Of a DNA stretch of 64,000 nucleotides, positions 1-7,899 are shown in pieces. A model generated the notes under the pieces. It searched no databases. It saw only the letters and a list, made by a program, of their open reading frames with translations, and was not told the origin of the DNA. The stretch comes from Gammaproteobacteria bacterium (GTDB lineage: Bacteria > Pseudomonadota > Gammaproteobacteria > Steroidobacterales > Foliamicaceae). Location of the stretch: the NCBI GenBank assembly GCA_965213995.1, contig OZ243929.1:1807-65806 (forward strand), read 5' to 3'. Each line of letters opens with the position of its first letter. The stretch's first letter is position 1. Position numbers and translations under genes: made by a program.

Positions 1-34
1 TATAAAAAAAAGTAGCCGTTACGCCCATTACGAA

Positions 35-68
35 AAACCCCGCATCCGTTGGCCGGTAAGCGGGGTTT
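35..68 (-). terminator. Intrinsic-terminator-like hairpin followed by a T5 run on the minus strand
   Basis: AAACCCCGC (35-43) pairs with GCGGGGTTT (60-68). The minus strand reads GCGGGGTTTTTCG. It lies about 25 nt downstream of the stop of the 92-202 minus-strand mini-ORF. Confidence 0.45.
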
Positions 69-91
69 CGCAATGAGGCTTTTTGAGTTGC

Positions 92-202
92 TCAGGCCCT
101 ATTCCTTACCCCGCATTCGGGCTTCGCAAGCAGCGCGAGCGCAGCCGCATGCAGCCCTTCGGCTGCGGCGATAAGGCTGAGGATGGACCGGCCCAAGTTC
201 AT
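92..202 (-). other. Candidate leaderless small ORF (36 aa, MNLGRSILSLIAAAEGLHAAALALLAKPECGVRNRA), or the body of a ~170-nt sRNA
   Basis: ATG at 202-200, TGA at 94-92, mostly G/C third codon positions. It sits between a sigma70-like promoter and a terminator hairpin. It is below the 60-aa cutoff of the ORF track. Confidence 0.3.
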
Positions 203-209
203 GCGGGCG

Positions 210-237
210 ATTATGCGTTAAGCAGGCGCAATGTCAA
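210..237 (-). promoter_or_regulatory. Sigma70-like promoter (-35 TTGACA, 16-nt spacer, -10 CATAAT)
   Basis: The reverse complement of 210-237 reads TTGACATTGCGCCTGCTTAACGCATAAT. The ATG at 202 is only 7 nt downstream of the -10 element. Confidence 0.4.
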
Positions 238-454
238 GCTCGCCTGTCCCGCCGGATCTCTCCGGATGCGCCGGCAGGCGGGGCCGGCCGGAGGGCTTCT
301 CCGGTCTATTTTCCAGCCGGCGCAGCGTGATGTCGCTGAAGCACGGCCTTTCTTGAAGCTGTGCTAATATCCGCAGCCTTCTATCAAGCCGGTCTCTTGG
401 AATCCGCTTGATGGCCACAGTCCTGACTTTAAGTAGTAGCAGGGGGAGCATTTG

Positions 455-1219
455 ATGAATCCGATTTTTAGGGGAGCGCTTTGCGCCGGAGGCTTGCTCG
501 CCGCGGCCGCCGTGGCGAGCGCGGCCACGCTGGAGGAGATAGAGGCTGTTCAGGCGGAGCGCGCCCAGGCCGGCCGCCAGTCGCAGAGCCGGATTGACGA
601 GATGGTCAAGGAAACAGACTCGCTGGAATATGAATATAAGCGGGTGCTCAAGGAGCTGGGCGGCCTCAAGGTGTTCAACACTCTCATGGAGAGGCAGATC
701 GACCGGCAGGAGGCTGATATCAACCTTCTGAACGAGGCCATCGATGAAGTGGAGGCGTCGCGCCGCCAGATGATGCCGCTCATGGTGCGCATGATCGAAG
801 CGCTCGACCTGTTCGTGGAGGCGGATGCGCCCTTTCTGCTCGACGAGCGGCGCACCAGGGTGGCTGCGCTCACCGAACTGATGGAGCGGGAAGACGTGAG
901 CGTGGCCGAGAAGTTCCGCAAGGTGCTTGAGGCTTATCAGATTGAGAACGACTACGGCCGCACCATCGAGGCCTATAAGGATTCCGTGGATCACGAGGGC
1001 GCGACCTTGGAGGTTGACGTGCTTCGCGTTGGCCGGGTGGCGCTGGTTTACCAGACCGCCGACCTCAGCGCCACGCGCAAATGGGACCGCGATGCCCGTG
1101 CGTGGATCGATCTGGACGGCGGCTACCGCAACCAAGTGCGCATGGGTTTGCGAGTGGCCAGAAAGCAGGTCGCTCCCGACCTGCTTCTGCTTCCTGTTCC
1201 TGCTCCGGAGGCTGGATAG
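455..1219 (+). CDS. DUF3450-family periplasmic coiled-coil protein (TtpB-like; first gene of a TonB2-type cluster)
   Basis: Signal peptide NPIFRGALCAGGLLAAAAVASA followed by a coiled-coil body. GGGGGAG lies 6 nt before the ATG at 455 (the track starts at TTG 452). The stop abuts the next gene. A paralog lies at 38366-39163. Confidence 0.85.
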   Translation: MNPIFRGALCAGGLLAAAAVASAATLEEIEAVQAERAQAGRQSQSRIDEMVKETDSLEYEYKRVLKELGGLKVFNTLMERQIDRQEADINLLNEAIDEVEASRRQMMPLMVRMIEALDLFVEADAPFLLDERRTRVAALTELMEREDVSVAEKFRKVLEAYQIENDYGRTIEAYKDSVDHEGATLEVDVLRVGRVALVYQTADLSATRKWDRDARAWIDLDGGYRNQVRMGLRVARKQVAPDLLLLPVPAPEAG

Positions 1220-2599
1220 ATGATCGCAATCAGAACCGTTGCCTGCGCCGTGCTTGGCTTGGCGCTCAATGTATCCGCTCAAGCCCAGGAAGCCCTATCG
1301 CTGGATGATCTGCTGGATCTGGTGGAGCAGGGGGCCGTGCGCGACAATGAGGAAATGCGCGCCCGTGAAGCGGCGTTTCGCGAGGCCCGCGGCCAGCAGC
1401 AGCGGCTGCTGGAGCAGGCGAATGCCGAGAAAGCCGCCGAAGAGCGGCGCAGCCAGCGGCTTGAGAACTCCTACGGCGAGAACGAGCGGCGCATCGCGGC
1501 GCTCAAGCAGACCCGCGACGAGCGGCTTGGCGCCCTTAAGGAGCTGTTCGGCGTGACTCAGCAGGTGGCGGGCGATGCCCGGTCGAAGTTCGAGTCCTCG
1601 GTCACCAACGTTCAGTATCCGGACCGCTCGCAGTTCCTCACCGAGCTGGTCGATAAGCTGGGATCCGGCATCGAACTGCCTTCAGTCGAGGAAATGGAGC
1701 GCCTGTGGTGGGAGCTTCAGCGGGAGATGACGGAGTCGTCGAAAGTGGTGAGGTTCAACGCCGATGTGATTTCGCTGGACGGCCAGCGCGAGCCCACGGA
1801 AGTGGTGAGGGTAGGGCTGTTCAATATCGTTTCCGACGGAAAATATCTCACCTACCGCCAGGAAACCGGCAACGTGACCGAACTCGGCCGGCAGCCTGAG
1901 CAGGGCCGTTTTACGAGCAGCACGGCCGATATCGTGGGCGCTGCGCCCGGCGAAGTGGTGCGCTTTGGCCTCGACCCCACTTTAGGCGGCGTGCTCAATT
2001 CGCTGGTGGGGCGGCCCAACCTGGTGGAGCGCATACAGCAGGGCGCGCTGGTGGGCTACCTCATTATCGCGCTGGGCATTATCGGGCTTTTGATCTCGCT
2101 GGAGCGCTTGGTCTCGCTGACGCTCGCCAGCCGCAAGGTCACGGCGCAGCTGAAGAGCGACACCCCCTCGGACGACAACGCGCTGGGCCGCGTGCTCAAG
2201 GTGTATCACGGCAACAAGGGTTTGGACACCGAAACTCTCGAGCTCAAGCTGGGCGAGGCCATCTTCAAGGAAACGCCGAAGCTGAACCGGGCATTGCTGT
2301 TCATCCAGATTATTTCGGTGGTGGCGCCGCTCATGGGGCTGCTGGGCACCGTGACCGGCATGATCAAGACCTTCCAAGCGATCACGCTGTACGGCACCGG
2401 CGATCCCAAGCTGATGGCGGGCGGCATTTCGCAGGCGCTGGTCACCACGGTTCTCGGCCTGAGCGTTGCCATTCCCATGGTGCTGCTGCACACGGTGGTG
2501 AGCGGCCGCAGCCGCAGGATCGTGCAGATTCTGCAGGAGCAGAGCACCGGCATCGTGGCGGAGCACGCCGAGGCGCAGCAAAAGGCGCCGGCCGCCTGA
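1220..2599 (+). CDS. MotA/TolQ/ExbB proton-channel family protein, long form (TtpC-like)
   Basis: 459 aa with an N-terminal signal and coiled coil. The C-terminal channel core reads PLMGLLGTVTGMIKTF...GGISQALVTTVLGL. It is tightly coupled to the upstream gene. Confidence 0.9.
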   Translation: MIAIRTVACAVLGLALNVSAQAQEALSLDDLLDLVEQGAVRDNEEMRAREAAFREARGQQQRLLEQANAEKAAEERRSQRLENSYGENERRIAALKQTRDERLGALKELFGVTQQVAGDARSKFESSVTNVQYPDRSQFLTELVDKLGSGIELPSVEEMERLWWELQREMTESSKVVRFNADVISLDGQREPTEVVRVGLFNIVSDGKYLTYRQETGNVTELGRQPEQGRFTSSTADIVGAAPGEVVRFGLDPTLGGVLNSLVGRPNLVERIQQGALVGYLIIALGIIGLLISLERLVSLTLASRKVTAQLKSDTPSDDNALGRVLKVYHGNKGLDTETLELKLGEAIFKETPKLNRALLFIQIISVVAPLMGLLGTVTGMIKTFQAITLYGTGDPKLMAGGISQALVTTVLGLSVAIPMVLLHTVVSGRSRRIVQILQEQSTGIVAEHAEAQQKAPAA

Positions 2600-2644
2600 G
2601 CCTGCGGGATGCCGGGGGAATGGCCGAAATATCCGCATTGATCC

Positions 2645-3175
2645 ATGTTTAACTGGTTCTTCGATGCCTTCGAGGCCATCCGCGATTTCGTGGAGCTGGG
2701 CGGCGACGTGCTGTTCCTGATTGCTCTCACCATCTTCCTGATGTGGATGCTGGTTTTTGAGCGCCTGGTGTTCTTCCAGGTCGAACTCGGCAAGCGCCGC
2801 GCCGCCATTCAGGATGCTTGGGAGGGGCGGGCCGAGCGGCGGTCCTGGGAAGCGCAGCAGATTCGCGACCGAATGGTTGCCGATTTCGACATGGCCGTTC
2901 GCCGGTCGTTGCCGCTGGTGCAAACCTTGGTGGCGCTTTGTCCGCTGCTGGGCCTTTTGGGCACGGTAACGGGAATGATCGAAGTGTTCGATGTCATGGC
3001 CGTGGAAGGCAGCGGCAATCCGCGTTCGATGGCTTCCGGCGTGTCCAAGGCCACCATCCCCACCATGGCGGGCATGGTGGGCGCGCTGTCGGGCGTGTTC
3101 TGGACCACCTACCTTAACCGCCGTGCGGATCGCCAGATTGAGGACTTGGAGGAACGCCTGGCCATGGATCGCTGA
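2645..3175 (+). CDS. exbB: ExbB/TolQ-type biopolymer transport protein
   Basis: 176 aa, 3 TM segments, motifs LLGLLGTVTGMIEVF and ASGVSKATIPTMAGM. Confidence 0.9.
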   Translation: MFNWFFDAFEAIRDFVELGGDVLFLIALTIFLMWMLVFERLVFFQVELGKRRAAIQDAWEGRAERRSWEAQQIRDRMVADFDMAVRRSLPLVQTLVALCPLLGLLGTVTGMIEVFDVMAVEGSGNPRSMASGVSKATIPTMAGMVGALSGVFWTTYLNRRADRQIEDLEERLAMDR

Positions 3176-3219
3176 CGCCGCCGCAAACGGCCGAAGATTA
3201 CCCGGAGACCAATCCACTT

Positions 3220-3630
3220 ATGCGCAGATCCATTATTCAAGCCGCCGGCGAGGAAGCCAAGGCGGAAATCAATCTAACGCCCATGCTGGACGTGGTGTTC
3301 ATCATGCTGATCTTCTTCATCGTCACCGCGTCGTTCGTCAAGGAGGCGGGGATTGATGTGAACCGGCCCGATGCGCCCACGGCCATCAGGCAGGAGAAGG
3401 CGAACATACTGGTGGCGATCAGCGCCGACAACGAGATCTGGATCGACCGGCGGCGCATTGACCCGCGGGCGGTGCGGGCCAATATCGAGCGCCTGCACGC
3501 CGAGAACCCGGAGGGTTCGGTTATTATTCAGGCCGATAAGCGGGCCTACACGGAAACGCTTGTGAGCGTGATGGATTCGGCCCGTCAGGCCGGCGTGTTC
3601 AACGTGTCGATAGCGGCGAGCGAGGACTGA
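3220..3630 (+). CDS. exbD: ExbD/TolR-type biopolymer transport protein
   Basis: 136 aa with the N-terminal anchor EINLTPMLDVVFIMLIFFIV and a periplasmic domain. Confidence 0.9.
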   Translation: MRRSIIQAAGEEAKAEINLTPMLDVVFIMLIFFIVTASFVKEAGIDVNRPDAPTAIRQEKANILVAISADNEIWIDRRRIDPRAVRANIERLHAENPEGSVIIQADKRAYTETLVSVMDSARQAGVFNVSIAASED

Positions 3631-3725
3631 CCGGCAGATGGCGGCGCAGACGGCCCGGGCCATGGATCCGGATCGCCTTCGGGCGCCGGGGGGCCGCTCG
3701 GCAAGCTGGCGCGGAGTGCGATGAA

Positions 3726-4358
3726 ATGGCGGAACAGGCGACAATCAAACGGCGGATAGGGCGTTATTTCCTAGCGTTCGCGGTAGGAAGCTTCGCCGCC
3801 CTTTCCCTTTTATGGATCATGCAGTTTCTGATCGCCACCGGCAAGGCGGCGATCACCGAATCGGTGGATACGCGCTTCGTTGACTTTGTCCGGGTCAAGC
3901 GCGATGAAACGGTCGAGCGCAAGGAGGAAAAGCCGGAGCGCCCCCCCGAGCCGGACGAGGCGCCGCCGGAGATTCCCCAGCAGGACATGGACTCCTCGGA
4001 CTACGATTCAGTCACGGCCGTGGCGCCGGTAGGCCCCGGCCTTGATGTGGGCATGGACAGCCAACTGGGCGATTTCAGCTTGGCCGAAGGCGATTACCTG
4101 CCGATCGTGAAGGTGGCGCCCATGTACCCGCGGCGGGCGCAGTCGCGCGGGCTTGAGGGTTATTGCGATCTTGAATTCACGGTCACGCCGCTGGGCACGA
4201 CCGCCGATGCGCGGGTGATCTTTTGCAGCAGTTCGCTGTTCGAGCGCGCTTCGGTGCAGGCTTTGCTCAAGTTCAAGTACAAACCCCGCGTGGTGAACGG
4301 CACGCCTATCGCGGTGCCCGGACTGCGCCACCGGATTACCTTCCAGATTGAAGATTGA
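3726..4358 (+). CDS. tonB: TonB-family energy transducer
   Basis: N-terminal TM segment, Pro/Glu-rich spacer EKPERPPEPDEAPPEIP, and a C-terminal TonB domain YPRRAQSRGLEGYCDLEFTV...KPRVVNG. Confidence 0.9.
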   Translation: MAEQATIKRRIGRYFLAFAVGSFAALSLLWIMQFLIATGKAAITESVDTRFVDFVRVKRDETVERKEEKPERPPEPDEAPPEIPQQDMDSSDYDSVTAVAPVGPGLDVGMDSQLGDFSLAEGDYLPIVKVAPMYPRRAQSRGLEGYCDLEFTVTPLGTTADARVIFCSSSLFERASVQALLKFKYKPRVVNGTPIAVPGLRHRITFQIED

Positions 4359-5679
4359 CGTTGTGAGCACCCGGTTCGGCCCCGTTGCCGCAGCGCTGTT
4401 CTGCCTGCTTCTTGTGATGCCGGCGCCATCCGGCTGGGGCCAAGAGGAAGAGCAGGAGGAGCAGCGGACGCGGCGCACGGAGGCGTTGAGCGAGAGGGTT
4501 CACCGCCGTCTTTCAAAGGCCCAGGAGGCGCTGGAGGCCGGCGATCACGCAACGTCTGAATCCCTGCTGCGCGAAATTATCGAGCTGCGCAATCTTTCGC
4601 CCTATGAGCAGGCGCAAACCAATAATTTCTATGGCTATGTCTATATTGACCAAGAAGATTACCAAAGGGCGATCCCGGCCTTTCGGCGGGTGATCGATGC
4701 CGGAGGGCCGGATGTGATAGGCCCCGGTTTATACAACCAGACCATCCGCACGCTGGCGCAGCTCTACGCGCAGGTGGAGAATTTCAGCGAGGCCATTGTC
4801 TATGGCCGCCAGTGGCTGGATTCCCAAACGAATCCGCCGCCCCGCGATTACATGCTGCTGGCCCAAGCCCACTTCCAGCTTGAGCAGTGGCGCGACGCGC
4901 TGGATTACGTGTCGCTGGCGATAGAGGCCGCCCAGGCGGCGGACGTGGAGGTGGATGAGAACTGGTGGCGCTACATGGTGGCCGCGCATTGGGAGCTGGA
5001 AGAGTTCCCCGAGGCTTTGGAAATCACCAAGATCATGGTGAGGGAATGGCCCAAAAAGCAATACTGGTCGCAGCTCCAAGGGCTTTACTCCATCGTTGAG
5101 GACGAGCCTAGGCAATTGGCGGCCTATTGGTGCATGCACGATCAGGAGCTGCTCGACAGCAGCACGGAACTCGTCAACATGGCCAACTTGTTCATGCTGG
5201 CGGAGGTTCCCTACAAGGCCGCCGTGATCCTTCAGGAGGGGCTCGACAGCGGAGAGATTGAAGAGACCACGCAGAACTACCGGATTCTCGCCCAGGCATG
5301 GCAGTTGTCCAGGGAAGACCGCAAGGCCATCGGCCCCATGCGCAAGGCGGCGGAGGGCGAAGAGGACGCTGAGATGAAGGGCGACCTGTATGTTCGGCTG
5401 GCCGAAAGCCATAACGCCCTGAGCGAATACGATGAATGCGCTTCCGCGGCCCGCCAAGCCATTCGCGACGGCAAGCCGAAGAGCGAGGGGAGAACCTACA
5501 TGCTGTTGGGCCAATGCCTTTTCGAGCAGGAGAAGTACGACGAGGCCGGCGATGCGTTTTCCCGCGCGGCCAGAGACAGCGAAACGCGCCAAGCGGCCAC
5601 CCGCTGGCAGAACTATCTTCGCCGGGAGGTGGCGCGGCTTCAGGACCTGGACGCGCGGCTGGCGCGCTTCGGAAGCTAG
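4348..5679 (+). CDS. TPR-repeat protein (TtpD-like last gene of the TonB2-type cluster)
   Basis: 443 aa with a signal-like N-terminus and repeated TPR-like helices. A paralog lies at 42597-43874. The true start may be GTG 4363, just after the tonB stop. Confidence 0.8.
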   Translation: MKIDVVSTRFGPVAAALFCLLLVMPAPSGWGQEEEQEEQRTRRTEALSERVHRRLSKAQEALEAGDHATSESLLREIIELRNLSPYEQAQTNNFYGYVYIDQEDYQRAIPAFRRVIDAGGPDVIGPGLYNQTIRTLAQLYAQVENFSEAIVYGRQWLDSQTNPPPRDYMLLAQAHFQLEQWRDALDYVSLAIEAAQAADVEVDENWWRYMVAAHWELEEFPEALEITKIMVREWPKKQYWSQLQGLYSIVEDEPRQLAAYWCMHDQELLDSSTELVNMANLFMLAEVPYKAAVILQEGLDSGEIEETTQNYRILAQAWQLSREDRKAIGPMRKAAEGEEDAEMKGDLYVRLAESHNALSEYDECASAARQAIRDGKPKSEGRTYMLLGQCLFEQEKYDEAGDAFSRAARDSETRQAATRWQNYLRREVARLQDLDARLARFGS

Positions 5680-5715
5680 ATCCGCCATCCCCGACACACG
5701 CCGAGTAGCTTTATT

Positions 5716-6036
5716 ATGCCCAAAGTTCATTTCGTGGATTGCCGCGGGAATCCCCGCGATCTGGAAGTGCCCGAAGGCTGCACGCTCATGGAGGTTGCGC
5801 TGGAAAACGATGTTGAGGGGATCGTGGCGGAATGCGGCGGTTGTTGCGCCTGCGCCACCTGCCACAGCTATATCGACGAGGAGTGGATGGACCGTCTGCC
5901 GCCTATCGACGATATGGAAGACGCAATGCTGGATTGCGCGCTGGAGCGCAAGCCCAACAGCCGCCTGACCTGCCAGATCCAGATGACGACCGAGCTGGCC
6001 GGCCTTAAGCTGAAAGCCGCCGACAACGAATCCTGA
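5716..6036 (+). CDS. [2Fe-2S] ferredoxin, adrenodoxin/putidaredoxin type
   Basis: 106 aa with the Cys cluster ECGGCCACATCH plus a distal C in RLTCQI. Confidence 0.9.
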   Translation: MPKVHFVDCRGNPRDLEVPEGCTLMEVALENDVEGIVAECGGCCACATCHSYIDEEWMDRLPPIDDMEDAMLDCALERKPNSRLTCQIQMTTELAGLKLKAADNES

Positions 6037-6039
6037 TAC

Positions 6040-6408
6040 CTAGAGTTTGCCTTCCTCGAATTGGCGGTGGATTTCCGCCACCGGGGGCATGGAGGCCATC
6101 GGGGTTTTCTCCTCCTTCTCGTTCTGGATCACGCGCATCACTCTTTCGATGTAGCGCTGGCGCGTGGCTTCCCTCTCGGCTTCCGCCTGCTTGCCGGGCA
6201 GAAAGTTTTCGATATCCTCGCGCGTGAACGGATCTCCCCTCTCAATCAACCGCTCGACGCTGTCGAGGCGGTCGCGCAGAACGGACACCTCCCCGATCAG
6301 GGTCATCAGCATGCCCAAAAGCCGGTCCGTGGCCGGATCGGAAAAGTATCGGGGGCGCTTTCCTCTGGCGGTGCGGCGCAGGCGGGGCGTTTCCTCACCT
6401 GAACTCAT
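6040..6408 (-). CDS. Hypothetical protein (basic N-terminus, predicted helical)
   Basis: 122-aa ORF whose start overlaps the stop of the upstream methyltransferase by 4 nt. No family recognised. Confidence 0.6.
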   Translation of the reverse strand: MSSGEETPRLRRTARGKRPRYFSDPATDRLLGMLMTLIGEVSVLRDRLDSVERLIERGDPFTREDIENFLPGKQAEAEREATRQRYIERVMRVIQNEKEEKTPMASMPPVAEIHRQFEEGKL

Positions 6409-7535
6409 GCGCGGATTCCCGCCAGGGATTTGAAGCTCATTTCGTCTTGCGAGTAGTTGCGCTGCGTGGCGTCGAGATTGGATTTCATTAGTTCCAGGCT
6501 TACTTCCCCAACCGGCCAGCCGCCTTTGACGGCCTCTTCAATCAGATTGAGGTCGGTCATGCAGCGGGCAAAGGATTCGTTATTGTTGTAGCTCTCCCAG
6601 TCGTGCATGAACTGGTCGAAGAGGGTGTCGCCGCGCGGGATGTCGAAGTGCAGCATGCGCCCGCCGCTGCGAAGCAGCCGGCGCGTTTCGGCGAAAATGC
6701 GCGGCAGGGCTTTCTTGGAAGTCTCATGCAGCATGATATGCGAGACCACCAGGTCGAAGCTGCCGTCCTCATAGTCGGTGCATTCGGCGTTCTGCTGGTT
6801 GAAGTGCACCGAAACGCCCAGCGATTCCGCCCGCGTATGCGCGTAGCGAAGCATGGGCGCGCCCACATCGATGGCGTGGATTTCCGCTTCGGGGAAAGCC
6901 CGGGCCCAGGGCAGGGTGCTGTTGCCGGCGCCGCAGCCCATATCGAGGATTTTGCGGGGCTTGAAATCGGGCCATATGCCCCGCATGCCATTGCACAGCA
7001 TATGGCCTAGGAAGTCCGCTTCCGGCCCCCAGGCGCCGGCCATGTACATCTGCAGCCCGGTTTCGTAGAGAGCGCCGGCCGTGATGTCGTCGGGAACTTG
7101 GTCGGTATGGTAGCCGCCCGGCTGTATGTGGATATCGTGCACCGTGTGGTAGCGGGGAATTTCAAGGTCCGGGTTCAGTTTGAGGCTGCCGCCGGCATTC
7201 CCGTTGGTGGCCCGAAAGCGCTTGATCATGTCCGGCAGCTGCCGCTCGACCGTGTCAACCGTCGCGTCCCACATCATTTCCTGGCTGCGGCGGGTCATCG
7301 CGCTCCATAACTGGTAGTACGGCTCCGACATCATCTTCTTTCGGATCTCGTCGCGGTGCTGCGGCGGGCGGCCCGTTTCCTTTTCGATGGCCGGCTTGAT
7401 CTTTTCGTCGTAGAGGGAAAAATTGCCCGGCATGATCGTGCCGGAGAGATGAGCCCGGAAAGCCCGCACGAAATCCATGCGGGAGGCTTCGTCGTGGTTG
7501 GCGTTGGGCGTCAAGGCATGAACGTTACGGAACAT
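6405..7535 (-). CDS. Class I SAM-dependent methyltransferase with a ~190-aa N-terminal extension
   Basis: Motif I ILDMGCGAGNS, followed by FDLVVSHIMLHE and LLRSGGRMLHFD. Confidence 0.85.
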   Translation of the reverse strand: MFRNVHALTPNANHDEASRMDFVRAFRAHLSGTIMPGNFSLYDEKIKPAIEKETGRPPQHRDEIRKKMMSEPYYQLWSAMTRRSQEMMWDATVDTVERQLPDMIKRFRATNGNAGGSLKLNPDLEIPRYHTVHDIHIQPGGYHTDQVPDDITAGALYETGLQMYMAGAWGPEADFLGHMLCNGMRGIWPDFKPRKILDMGCGAGNSTLPWARAFPEAEIHAIDVGAPMLRYAHTRAESLGVSVHFNQQNAECTDYEDGSFDLVVSHIMLHETSKKALPRIFAETRRLLRSGGRMLHFDIPRGDTLFDQFMHDWESYNNNESFARCMTDLNLIEEAVKGGWPVGEVSLELMKSNLDATQRNYSQDEMSFKSLAGIRA

Positions 7536-7632
7536 CGGGCTGGCCTCCTGGGGGGTGGGGGTGGCGGCGCGGATTCAGCCGTTGAGAATAGCACATGCCA
7601 GCCTTATTTCTGATCTTTCTGTGCTTCCTTCG

Positions 7633-7739
7633 CCCGGTTATTGCGCCACTTCTCGCGGGAGACGCATTCGTCATCCATGACGCTTGCCGAGAGGCATCCT
7701 GCCTTCGACACTCCCGCGAGAAGTGGCGCAATAACCGGG
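7633..7739. repeat. Long-stem hairpin A1 (29-bp perfect arms, 49-nt core loop; core in reverse orientation)
   Basis: 7633-7661 CCCGGTTATTGCGCCACTTCTCGCGGGAG is the exact reverse complement of 7711-7739. The loop is homologous to those of A2, B, C and E. Confidence 0.85.
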
Positions 7740-7773
7740 CTTGGCTGGTGCTGGCCGGGCTGGCGGCAAGCAA

Positions 7774-7883
7774 GCCTGATTCGCAGCCCCCCTTCCCGCA
7801 GGGGCGTCTGGGGCAGGGATGCCCCAGCCGAGCGTCAGGATGACTTCATGCGTCCCCTGCGGGAAGGGGGCTGCGAATCAGGC
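7774..7883. repeat. Long-stem hairpin A2 (~30-bp arms with a 1-nt bulge, 49-nt core loop; core in forward orientation)
   Basis: 7774-7804 pairs with 7854-7883. The loop is CGTCTGGGGCAGGGATGCCCCAGCCGAGCGTCAGGATGACTTCATGCGT. Confidence 0.85.
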
Positions 7884-7899
7884 GATTCCGCCCGAAACG

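Noticed and set aside
83-367. 94-aa plus-strand ORF at the window start
   Set aside because: It has no start context or family similarity, and its composition is Arg/Pro/Gly-rich. The region is better explained by the minus-strand promoter/mini-ORF/terminator unit and repeat-related sequence.
218-1282. 354-aa minus-strand ORF covering the upstream region and the first TonB-cluster gene
   Set aside because: It is antisense to a well-supported DUF3450 gene. Its composition is low-complexity and Arg/Gly/Leu-rich, typical of shadow ORFs in high-G+C DNA, and it has no recognisable motifs.
7633-7883. CRISPR array or integron attC sites as an explanation for the repeated hairpins
   Set aside because: The repeats are inverted, not direct. 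They are dispersed singly or in pairs with no regularly spaced unique spacers. No cas or intI gene is present, and the attC R/L box consensus (GTTRRRY) is absent.
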